A stretch of DNA of 64,000 bases from Botryllus schlosseri (Eukaryota): the NCBI GenBank assembly GCA_051294905.1, contig CM119371.1:21764001-21828000 (forward strand), given 5' to 3'. Shown here in pieces: positions 52,618-64,000 of this stretch (positions are counted from its first letter, which is position 1; each line of letters begins with the position of its first letter). The notes under the pieces were generated by a model. It searched no databases. It worked only from the letters and a program-made list of their open reading frames with translations, and was not told where the DNA came from. The translations under genes were made by a program, and so were the position numbers.

Positions 52618-53956
52618 ATATATATGCAATTCGCGATCATATTGACCATTTCAATCATGAATTATAGAATTTTTTGGCGCCTGGCGCGTCTAGGCGAGTG
52701 AAGTTCACTCAATAATCGGTACCCCACAAATTCGGCTTATCATCATAAGGGGGTGGCAAGACTGGCGTTTTAAGAGGCGTAAGCGCGGAAATTCAGCATA
52801 TAACGAAACATACGGGTAGCGAAACTAAACTGCAGCAGCAGCTGTTCTGCCGTTCTGGAGACGACGGTTTGAACGTTCCATTATGGCGTGACACTTGTAT
52901 CTCTATCTGGGCCAAATGTGAAGTAAAAAAATACTTTGACCGGCCGAGCGCAAAATTAAAACTATATATGCTGAGGCGTGTTTTTTTTTAATTGAAAGCA
53001 GTGAAATATTATGTTGATAACAACAGTTGTTCGTGAATGTGTCAATATTAGGTCATGAAAAGGTGCGACTGTCAGAGATCAATTTTTTTTTTAAATTTTA
53101 CAATATTGAAATAGAATCTATATACTTCATAGTTCATGGAGCCATACATTAATGCGTAGATGCAACTCCGCCCGTTGGCAACTGGGCGAAGTTTAGTCCG
53201 CAAATTTCAGTTTTGTGATCCAGAACTCTGGTGATAGGATGGCAGTATCCATAGTGGACGAAAGAGGCCGTGTGCAAACGCATCCATCCAAATTCTAGAT
53301 TGTTTGATGGGTTGCTTAGTTGAAGCATCGCATGCACAAAGGCAGGGTAACCGGATTTGTGACTGGGGGTGTTATACCATCACAGGCCGAATACCATGCA
53401 GTGAACTTCGATTTCATGGGACGATGACGCCACGAATCTCTGAATGGGATGTACCAGTTCATTAACATCGTTTCGTGGCAATTTAAGAATTACATTTGAA
53501 GATATACAGTCAATAGGGCCCGGGATCGTAACCCTGATTACATTTCCATATCCTGATGGCGTTTTTACTAGAAATAATTCGCGATCATTTATTTTCAGAT
53601 GACGTTAGCTTGCGCTCTGACACTACAGTAAGTGCGTCTACTCAGAACTCTACTTACCGCTACAATATATTTCCCGAAGTATTAATGTGGTTGACTCGTT
53701 ATCATCAACGAGAACGGGTTGGAATGTGACTGGATTACATTTACACCCTTGGCCGGCGGTCAGGTATACCTTTATCGCCAAAGACGCCCTATATCTTCAA
53801 TTCGATCTCCCAAGGAGCCATTAATCAATGTTTACCGAATGTGACGTCCCAATTAAAGATTAGTGACGCCATAGTGGTGCGTAATCGAAGTTATGTTATT
53901 AGTCGTGGGCGAAACTCGTTTCCTGTGCACTCCTAACGTTGATCGCGTGCTTTAAC

Positions 53957-54514
53957 AATGGTGTCCTATATGGTGTCGACACAAGAAAATCTCACGGCTC
54001 AGTGAAATTGGTCTACGTCACAATTTCTATTTGGCTACAGGCAATTTGACGATAACTTTTGACCGGCTTGCCGAGAATTAAATATGGTAGAATGGGTATC
54101 AATTATAAGCTGACTCTGCACTGATTACGAAAATATAGATTTCATTCTGATCATGGCCCTGGAACCCTCACAATCAGCCTCTAACTCCAACTCTCGCCGA
54201 GCAGCTGCTCTCATGCTCTTGACCTACTCTCTGGTCTCGCCGGACAGCATTGCTGCGTCCCAATGCCAATCTCAATAACAATTAAAATTTGAGGCTGGCT
54301 GTGGGGGTTCCATGACCATGAGCGGAATAAAATTTATATTTACGTTATCACTACGTAGTCAGATTATGATAGATACCCGTTTTACCATATTTAATTCTCG
54401 ACAAGCCGGTCAAAAGTTACCGTCAAATTGCCTGTAGCCAAAGGAAATTGTGACGTAGACCAATTTAACCGAGCCGTCAGATTTTCTTGTGTCGACACCA
54501 TATAGGACACTATG
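53957..54514. mobile_element. Foldback MITE, second copy (7-bp TSD)
   Basis: Arms of ~230 bp; TSD CTTTAAC/CTTTGAC. Confidence 0.8.
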
Positions 54515-55257
54515 CTTTGACCAATGAAATAAATGGAAATATCGAAATGACTATATCGTCAGTGATCGCACATGAATATATTCGGAACATGTGTTTCGGA
54601 CAAGCTATTGTTAACTCAATCCTACAAATATGCCATCGATGTTCGAAAGGTGGAATGTAAATCCCTACGACATCTACCACCTACTCAACAGCTTGTTTGC
54701 AATGTCAGCGCAATATTATAAAGACTACAATATAGGGTTACGATACGTTATCTTTTGGGAGGATTTGCCTTCTTTCTTGGCTTATTTGAAAGTGTCCTCG
54801 GGGGACGCCTAAATGTCTGTTTTCTTGAAAATGTGTCCTCTTCTTTGAGAATTGCGGTTGAAAGTAGGCCTACGTGGAAATTGGACTGATATATAGTAAA
54901 CAGAGGGAATGTAACGGACTGACGGGTACCTTTTTTTAAGTCATTCTCGAATTCGGGTAAAATTTACCATTATCAGGATTTCACTCCAGTACTGTAAGTT
55001 GTAGGCCTAAATCTGAAAATTTTGATAAATTATCCTCTTTTCAGAATTCCAAAATATGATAACCCTATTATAATAGGTATTCCTTTCCCACAATAGGCTA
55101 CATGTTATGGGAGAAGCCTTGTGTCTGGATTAAAGATTTTAATTAGGAATCAGTCAACCTCCTTAAATCTACTACAATCCAGTACTAACAAAGAACTTCT
55201 CCAAGCTTCTCATAGACACCAACCGTGCCAGACTCGAGAAAAGTCTGATCATTCAAT

Positions 55258-56235
55258 ATGCCTGCAAATATTGGGAACATTTTTTCATCTGAAAAATGGA
55301 AGAAAATACGGTTTTGCGGAAGTATTGCAATATTGATACTCGATTTCGTCTCGGATCTAAATGCGAACATCATCTATTGGAGGAACAAAGACGAATCACC
55401 TACGGGCCTCGGAATCGCAATATTTGCGACAATAAGCTTGGTTCTAGGATTCCTCATATTGTCGATCACAGTATTCGAAACATATATCGAAGATGCAGAA
55501 TACGAAAATGAAAATCGTCGGTCAACTCGATTCATAGAAGCGATTGTGGAATCGATTCCACAGTTATGGATTAGTCTTTACGTTCTGTCTGTGAGCGATG
55601 ATCAGGAGCTTCGAGAGAGAATATATTTATACGCGTCGGCCGCCATATCGTTTTTAACAGTTGTTTCAATATTATTCGAAATTGATAAGGTCATGAAAGG
55701 AGAGAACATTGTCCCAAAGCCGTTTGCACTGAAAGCGCTTCAATTCACATGGGAGTCGACTTCATTTTTCGTAAGAATGACTGCATTAGTCTATATATCT
55801 GTTGAACTTGATTGGTGGACAGCGTTGTTTATTGGATTCCATTTAATATGTTTCGTGGTATTCGACTATATTACGAATGTATTTGGCGACCATGAAATCG
55901 AATTGTCCCTACCAAGGCGAATTTTGGCGGCTGGGGTTTTCGTCTTTTTCGTAATTGACTTTAATGCTACACCGAATCAAATCGCTGCGTTATTCATATT
56001 GCACACCACGCAAAATGTGTTTGCGATATTATTGACAATTTTACTTTGGGCCGATAAACCCTTCTACTTGTTTTCGAATTTCCTCGTTTTAAACATGTCA
56101 GTCCACATAATCTCTCTGGTTTCATCAGCAATTTACTATGTCATCATGGAACGCAATCCTGATTATTCGCGTAGCCAGGATAAAAATTCGGGTGGCGGAG
56201 TTGGAATGTCATTAATCGCTGCCACTGATATATGA
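55258..56235 (+). CDS. XK-related membrane protein, 325 aa, intronless CDS
   Basis: DFVSD, YWRNKD, EAIVESIPQL, FVRM and TQNV motifs are collinear with the 15930 ORF. In-frame stop upstream of the ATG; AATAAA at ~56361. Confidence 0.85.
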   Translation: MPANIGNIFSSEKWKKIRFCGSIAILILDFVSDLNANIIYWRNKDESPTGLGIAIFATISLVLGFLILSITVFETYIEDAEYENENRRSTRFIEAIVESIPQLWISLYVLSVSDDQELRERIYLYASAAISFLTVVSILFEIDKVMKGENIVPKPFALKALQFTWESTSFFVRMTALVYISVELDWWTALFIGFHLICFVVFDYITNVFGDHEIELSLPRRILAAGVFVFFVIDFNATPNQIAALFILHTTQNVFAILLTILLWADKPFYLFSNFLVLNMSVHIISLVSSAIYYVIMERNPDYSRSQDKNSGGGVGMSLIAATDI

Positions 56236-57529
56236 TGTCACGGCTGCATCCTAACATCAGTAGGTCCACACCGAAAACTTAGGATGACACAAAATCGACT
56301 TTCGCCTCTCAGTATACATGTGTCTGTGGACATAGCCAATCAATTGTTTCGTTTAACCTAATAAATAAAGTATGAAAATAATATTCGTGGTAAAGCGTCA
56401 AAACTACGATTACAGCAAAATTTGGAAGTAGTCGATTACGATTGCGATTACATTGGAAAAATAATCACGAAATACCAACGATTTAATTTATTTTGTTTCT
56501 TAGAATTTATCTTTGAAGACATATTAGAAAACAGTAGGACGATAGCGATAAGATATGGTTAAGAAAGAACAATTATCATTTTTGTTGTGACATTATTCGT
56601 GTGTTACGCTACATACGAATTGCTCAACTTCATAGCTAACGGTTTGTCGCATCTAACGATTTTGATTGTAGCCAGGGTAGTAAGTCATGCACCCCAAACC
56701 CTCCAATTGAGCGCCAACAATCATTTCGTAAATCAACCTAATTATGGAATATACTTTTAAGGGATTCATTTTACTTGAAAATCTTCTTCGTCGTTCGCAA
56801 TTTATTGTCGCCTAATATATTTGTTTTAATATGCATACCCCTTCCCTGACTGCACGAACTGTGCTACCAAAGAAAGACCCAGACAGGAACTTTCTATCTG
56901 AATATGTCCGTAGTCGCACTGAATGGGCGTATGTAATAGTACTGTCCTGCCAATCTCATCACCACAGTACAAATACCACCGGGGACACCCACAGACAATT
57001 GACAATTAATGTTCGCATGTCACGAAAGAAGTTTTTCTATTTAGTTCAGTCTGCTACGCTTGCGCGACTCCAATATCTTTTGACTAAATAGCAGCCGGGC
57101 GCTCACGTATTAATAACATGCAACGTAGCAATAATAACAACGGTTTGCGCCGAATATGCTAGAATTATTGATTATGTGCCCTAAATTTTTACAGTCACCT
57201 CCTCCCTAACTCTACCGTTAAATCTGACCACGTGGTATGAAAGAGGATAAAAAATGAAGAGAATGATATTCGAATACCAATATTATTGACGAAATTCAGT
57301 CATGAATCAGATGTTTGAATGATCACCTTATATATTGGGGTCCAAGACCAAAGTTTAGGGGAAGGGTTGACGAAGTGCTGCATCAGTCCTGGTTCTGGCT
57401 ACAACCCAAGCTGGTTCTCATCAGTGGTTCTCAACTCCCGTTCCGTGGCGACTTTCCTGCCGGTCCGCCAGGTATTATATAATTTAATACTTGAATGTTT
57501 CTATGCTCGAATTCTAATTCTAAAGCTAC

Positions 57530-59771
57530 CGAAAGTAGGCCTACGAAGAAAAAGCTGTTTCTTCTGATCGAAAGTGAGATACCTTCTCTACCTTGCCAAG
57601 CAATGCTTTCTCGCTTCATAAGGATGTTAAAGGTTCCGAAGATTGCTATTCCAAGTCCCAAAGCTTAGGCCTATGTCAGATCAATAAACTCGTGTTGATG
57701 GACTACTCTACGTTCTGAATCAACTTCGATGTCAAAATATTCATCATTTGGCCTGCTATCCCTAAGATCTTCATCTTGATGCAAATTATCGAGCGTGTAG
57801 GTGTTTCAGCTTACACTGGATATAAGCTGAATGGGGCATATTGGACCTAGAGCTGATAAATATCACGTTTATTTTTCTTGCCATGTCCTGCAGTTTGCAT
57901 CAAATATGTGTGTGAAATATCCTCGGATGACTGCATCCTCTAACCTAGAATGGGTGAAAACATCGGCCTAGATCAGGGGTGGGCAATTATTTTTCTTCGC
58001 GGGCCAAATAAGGAGCAGAAATATGTTGGCGGGCCTAGTCAGAAATATTAGGACATCCAGAGTATTGATTGTATTTCTATATCGGAAGCAATGTATTACA
58101 TGAAATCGTGCTGAGTGGATGTGTTCATATTGAGGAATGACAAAGTGACGGTTAATTATCCATAAAAATATCTATTTGCTGTCATATTTTGAAACAATGT
58201 CAAACATGATACATTTTGAACTTTTGAGATGCACGATGAACGAAATGTATTGTATGCCCTAATCGCGCGAAGCGCGGAATATTTTCATCATTCAGTCGGT
58301 CAATAAAATTGGTAATTGCAAATATATTGGCATATTTTTTAACCTCTCTCAGCCCACGTAGTGGCCTACTCAGTTTTACCGCTACAGCTGAGTGAGGTAC
58401 TGTCTTGGAAATATTCGGGAGGGTCCGTTAGTATAATTACTTCGTTACATGTTGTTATTTCGTGACCTCCCGTCTGCTATGTGAAAAGACATTGAAATCG
58501 TCGAAGCGTACCAAACTAAAAGGCGACCCCGTTTCCCGATTGGTATTTCTTAATTGGCAAATATTGGCTATATGGACAATTGGACTTTGTGGTTTTCGGT
58601 CAACATAAGGGCAATCCTTTTCGACCAAGGTTTTCTCGCTGTCGAGCTTTATTCTCTTTACTTAATTAATTTGATCAGCAGCTGCAATTGCAGTGCCTTC
58701 TCGGAATCCCGTGTTGGCCTATCTTGGTGCGTCGGGGCGCGATCATGGCTAACGCCGAAATGCCCATTCTAAAAACCATTGAATGAAGTTGCATAATTTT
58801 TCAAAAAAATACCCTATAATTTATGTTCCCCATTAAATAATTTTGGGCGTCTGTCGAGCTCGCCACGCAATTGGGGGGGTGGAGGTGCGGTAGTTAGGCT
58901 ACGTTCCTAAGGATAATATATGGCATTGTCTTGGTAGCTGGTTTCTGAGAAGTGTGCAGCTTGCAGAAATGGCCTTGTTGATTAGCGAAGGTTGCAGTTA
59001 TTAACCATCTTTGAATTTCAACTTTCGGCTTTATTTTTTTTTGACATCCTTTATGGCTGGTGATATATTCATAGAAATCATGGGCATTGATTCACTTGTT
59101 TCATGAATTATGGATTCGAAAACACATCACGTAACAATTTGAAACACAGACCGTGGCATGTGTAATGTGACAATGGTAACAAAGAAGATTTGGTGACTTA
59201 TTCTTGTGACTTTAATTCTAACGGCATAACTTGCTACATTGACTTTAGTTTTAACCTGGTTTAGGCACGTGAGGTACGTAAAGGCTGCGCAATCACGGTA
59301 CGTTAATGAACAGGCTTGATAGTAAATGAATTTCCGGTCCAGTTTATACGTCGTATGGTTTTAGTCCACGCAGCAACACTAATCAATAGGTTTGATATTT
59401 TAAATTGCAAGCAGCCTTTCGCGGGTCGCACAGAATCGCTCGGCGGGCCGCATTTGGCACGCGGGCCTCACTTTGCCCAGGCCTGGCCTGGATCGATACC
59501 AGTAGGCCTACCTTTTTCCAACATAATTCAATCGAGCCCTTGACTATATAACTTATTATATGGTAAAAGTGTGGATTTTTATATAATATGGAAAAGTAAT
59601 ATATCGCTAAATTCGTAAAAATTTGCATATTTTAGGCGTATGTCATAGAGCAAAAAGTTGACGTGATAGAAGAAAACCAGTGTCATTTTTGGAATCAGCG
59701 TGCCAAAATTAGCTTAATTCAGGTGCTAAATCAAACTCAACAAATTTTCCTTACAAAATTGCTGCTCAGTG
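57530..59771 (-). mobile_element. Chapaev3-like 5' fragment interrupted by a hAT MITE (57974-59485)
   Basis: 57530-57970 and 59490-59771 align with ~37790-38491. Inner MITE CAGGGGTGGGCAA...TTGCCCAGGCCTG with TSD GCCTAGAT/GCCTGGAT. Confidence 0.7.
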
Positions 59772-62091
59772 TTATTGGACTGGAAAATGTTTACGGGAGA
59801 TCCTGTTGTGTGGACTGAAAAAGATTATTTTTCCATACTAGGGTCCCGTAAGTCCCACTTCATAATAATACTGCGGTGGTCTTGACTAAAAGGAAGGGTC
59901 GTTTTCCAGTGCGACTCCCGAATATCCAGCCCTTGAACATCCACATTACAGATTTCGTGTCATTTATGACGTTTTTGGGTTGTTCCTGTAAAGGTGAACA
60001 ATTGGACGTCCTCGGAGGACATTTTCGATTTCACGAAAAAGAAGGACAATTCCTCCAAATATTTTCTGCAGACTTTGTCAGCAGTGCGCGCGCGCGCAGC
60101 TAAGGGAAACATTAATTGAGAGATAGGGAATCATTTATTATTTACCATCCTTAGAAATCAACATTACAGACTGGGCCTATAAATACAATAATAACATATA
60201 TAAATAAACAGTAAAAACGGTAGGTCTATATATATATACGTGTTATCGTAGCCGGCCACCCATCCGTTAAAGTAGGCTACATCGAGTTACTACCTCTATG
60301 GGTGGATAGACGAATTGCGTAACTATCCCGCAATCCGGCTCGATAGTCCCTTCAGGTATTCTTATCCTGCCCGCAGACTGACGAAGATGCACATTGCACC
60401 GTTGCGCACCTCTGTTCTCACCGAGTCTCTGTCCGCATTACATCACTAACAAAGTACTGTGCGAACGAGACTTTGGAGAGGACATCAGCGTCTTTCGCCT
60501 ACGATACTGTCACGAGAGGCGTGACGTATTTTTCGACTTCCATTCTCGACAGTATTCGCCGCATACGTAGGTCAATGAAGACAAGTATCTCATCTGGTCT
60601 GGTGACTCATCACGGACGCCTGAACTGATTCTGTTATCTCTTCTTGAATATATTAGGTTATTCCTCATTTTTTCGAGTATTATATTTATCAAGAATAGAA
60701 AATATTGCACTAATTCATACAGGTAAAACCATAACTGCAAAAATGTATGATGCAATATTTTCACCCTCAACATGATCACACAATATTATAAATATCAAGG
60801 TCGATGTGGTTCGCTATGACGGACAGGCGTGACCTCGTAATATTCAACACAATACAATATTCCTAGCGATATGGGATGGGCTGGTAATAATCAACAGCTA
60901 TAGGCTGTTCATCATGTCCAATCGCAGTCGCAGTCATTAATTTCACGCCTTTGCCGACTGCCTTATAAACGAAGTGGTGAAGTATATCCCACAGCATATA
61001 AACTCATTGACTAAGGCATATCAAAGGGAATATTTGAAGGTATCTAGAGTCATGAGAGAAAATACAGGTTGGGACATCATCAAATCTTCAGGTAGGACGT
61101 AGAGCCTAGTCTAGTGCCTAGTCACAGCATTCTATTGCATCACTGTGCCATCCCAATGACGACAAATCGAAATTCAATGGGCGAGAAGATATCTACTCAA
61201 AATCATCACATATTCAACTTCGGCAGCACTCAGTTTCTCACTGTAAAGGCAAGGGTGGTCAAACTGATTTAAGCTGGTACTAGGTGTAAATAAAGGGAAG
61301 AGTGATGTTGAATATTTTTACTCAATTACAAGTAGAAGTTATTATATTCAAGGTGTGCCACCAAGATTTCAAGTAGTAGAATTGGACAGGTGCTACGAAG
61401 TTTATTTGTCCATGCCATGGGTTTTTGTGGTTGCGAGATGCATCTTAGGGACCAACGAAAAGTGACGAATGGCAATAAAGAGGTGGAACTTTCCAAATTA
61501 TGATCTGTCACCCTCACATTAGTACTCATCACTAAATTTCCACGTCACCTTCACCCAAGAAAGTGACACGAACCTATCCAAATTCTACTCTCAATTTGGC
61601 GAAATCTAAAACGTAAAAAGTAACAAGTTCATATTAATAAACCTACCGAAAATATGTAGTCTAAAATCGTAACCGCTTAAGTAGTGGAAGTAAACAAACA
61701 AACCTTAATGCTATTCGATTTTATTGTTGATAGCAACTTTTTCAACCGATACGGCTCGAAAACGTAAAAAGTATTTTCTAAAAAACTGACCAGAAGTAGT
61801 GAAAGTAGACTAAAAACTTGACCATTAGAGCAAGCAGCACAAGCACCTACTCTGAAGAAGTAGAGTGCTCCATTAGTGAGCATATCTACTAGTACGTGAT
61901 TTCACATACCTGCACTCTAAAATTGCACATGCACAATAATAAAAAACATTTCGCTAAAAATTAGTGCCATAAAACACGGGAAGCTGAACCATATCATCGG
62001 AAAACGTTACTTCCACGTTGAAAGTCAATTTGTTACGAAAAAGGTTTACTAAAACCGAATGAAGGTGTCCTTGATCACAAGGCGTCCTTTA

Positions 62092-62264
62092 TCACTCAGC
62101 GTCGCTATTATCGTTAGAATCCAGTAGCGGTTCGTGTGACAGTTCCTTCCTTCGTTTCGGATTGTACAAGATGTAATGTTGCACCATGAAGAGAATGTCG
62201 AAAAGCACGCTGAAGAGTCCCAGTCCGAATTTGGTCGGGTCGCCGAAAACAAGATCCCACTCCT
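62092..62264 (-). CDS. CTNS: Cystinosin (lysosomal cystine/H+ symporter), last coding exon; upstream exons not seen in this window
   Basis: [33 protein letters not shown] matches cystinosin TM7 (human [33 protein letters not shown]). Phase-1 acceptor TTGTGTTACAG at 62265; stop TAA at 62092. Confidence 0.92.
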
Positions 62265-62800
62265 CTGTAACACAAGACAAATTACATGAAGACGGTGTGG
62301 ATTGGAATGAGGGGTGCATTGGTCCAGTTGCTTAATTGTAGGGATGGGCAAAATCGAGTACCTAATTCATTTCTAGTCAAATATTGAGCCAGTATTGTAG
62401 TCAATAATTAGATTAGCACTCATGAGTAGGGCGCTTTTTTTACCTAAAAAAAGAAAGTTTTGACCTAGAAAATCAAAATTTTGACTTTTTTTTACCTAAA
62501 CAAACTGAATTTTGACCAAATTTTGACCTGACATATGCAAATTTGGTGATTTCCCACATACTGTCAAAATTGTAACACTTATCTTCATTTCTGGTTGGAA
62601 CTGACTGTCCTAACGAAGTTGCTTGGCCTGAAAAAACGTTTTTGGCTTAGATACAGGCAACTTATTACATGAAAAAACATTATTTGAACGAAATCTGGCC
62701 CTATGGAGAATTCCAGTGGTTACAATATGTATTATGGTAGAAATAATTAAAAAAAATTGTAGTACTACGAGAGATACTTTCCTACATTCTTGGGTAGAAA

Positions 62801-62860
62801 CAGTGGCGTATCCAGGGGGGGGTTTAGGGGGTCGGAACCCCCCCCTTTTCAAAATCCTAA
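62801..62860 (+). mobile_element. hAT MITE 5' end in the CTNS intron
   Basis: CAGTGGCGTATCCAGGGGGGGGTTTAGGGGGTCGGAACCCCC, similar to the 48704 family. The other end was not found in the window. Confidence 0.55.
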
Positions 62861-64000
62861 AAATTCATGTTAAATATAGCCTCTAATATTTGCTAATTTA
62901 TTAGTTCAACATATTCATTTTTACGTATGAGAAGGCGAATATGGCGTCTTAATGTTATTTAAGGGGACTAAAACCCCTACAAAATATTGGAATTATGCGC
63001 CGAATTAGTCGAAAGGATAAAATAGGTCGTTATATTTCGCTAATTGCGTACGAATTCTGCGCTTGTTCAGCTACATTTCAGCTGTGGCAGATGCTGACGT
63101 TCACAACTTTCTTCCCTCGATTTCTCTCTCGCCTTGCTAAAACGAGAGACGCATTTTAGGAAAATCTAATCTAATTGGCCGACGCGATACCGCCGATACG
63201 TAATTGCAAAGACAAAGTTGTCGGCAATGAACATCGCCCGCGAATTCGCTACACCTGCTCGCCTTGAAATCCTAATTAAGAATTGCACGGCGTGTTGATT
63301 GATCAGCGAGACGCAGACACGGCGGCACCGGTACGACAATGCTATTCTCAAATCCACATTGTCTTCGCGATTATCGGCGAGAAATGCCCTACGATTGACA
63401 TTCACATTTCAAAATACAAGCCTAGCAATCCACGTTCTCGATTGTTAGGTGGCTTGCTGTCGTCCAAATACAGGCCTATGTTGCCGCTGAACGGGAGAAT
63501 TGAGTAGGCCTATTAGTAAAGTTAACGTAATGATATCGGCTGACAAGGTCCTCTGTCGCTCAAGTTATTATCCCAGTGTGTACTCTGTATTAATAGAGCG
63601 ACTTGCGTGCCTGCAATTAAGGGCTAATTATCTTCGCGCGTACTACACGCTCAACCGTGCGGCTAGTAAAGCCATCGAAATGCACACATTCGTGTGCAGC
63701 TGTACACTCCACACCTCTCTGTGGCGATCGCGATCGCGATCGCCCTCGTGTCTGCTACCGCACTATTCCGCGCTTGTTCGTCCGCTGCGATACTACCGGC
63801 TGTGCGCATAATATAGTCAAAACCTAACAAAATCGTGCATCTCTGGTCGGAACTAGGCGCTTGGAGACCGGCGGCGTTAGTCGGCTCATGACTAAATGTG
63901 AGCATTTACGAATTTCGTTCAATCATAACGTAAAAACACGAAATTTCAGGCATTGTCTGTATCGAATTTGTACATCTCCCACTCACCGCAAATCTCTTTT

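Noticed and set aside
60377..60400. Hammerhead ribozyme core CTGACGA
   Set aside because: No stem II followed by GAAA in the required spacing.

Overview
This is eukaryotic, AT-rich, transposon-dense animal DNA with GT-AG introns and no prokaryotic operon structure. An invertebrate, possibly tunicate-like, origin is only a guess. Host genes: two intronless XK-family (XKR scramblase-like) membrane-protein ORFs on + (15930-16802, 55258-56235) and the last coding exon of cystinosin on - (62092-62264). Most of the remainder is nested DNA transposons. These include a 4.05-kb P-element/THAP9-type element with an 8-bp TSD and a spliced but frameshifted transposase, many hAT MITEs with 8-bp TSDs, a Tip100-like hAT with a TTF zinc-finger relic, three Chapaev3-like relics, Galileo-like foldback MITEs with 7-bp TSDs, and tRNA-derived SINE heads. 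The most striking structure is a pair of near-identical inverted MITE copies (29721-31258, 46480-48012) with reciprocally swapped target-site duplications, which indicates the ~15.2-kb segment between them has been inverted. The inversion appears to cut through an unidentified, decayed multi-exon gene. All calls come from reading the sequence by eye; no database searches were run.
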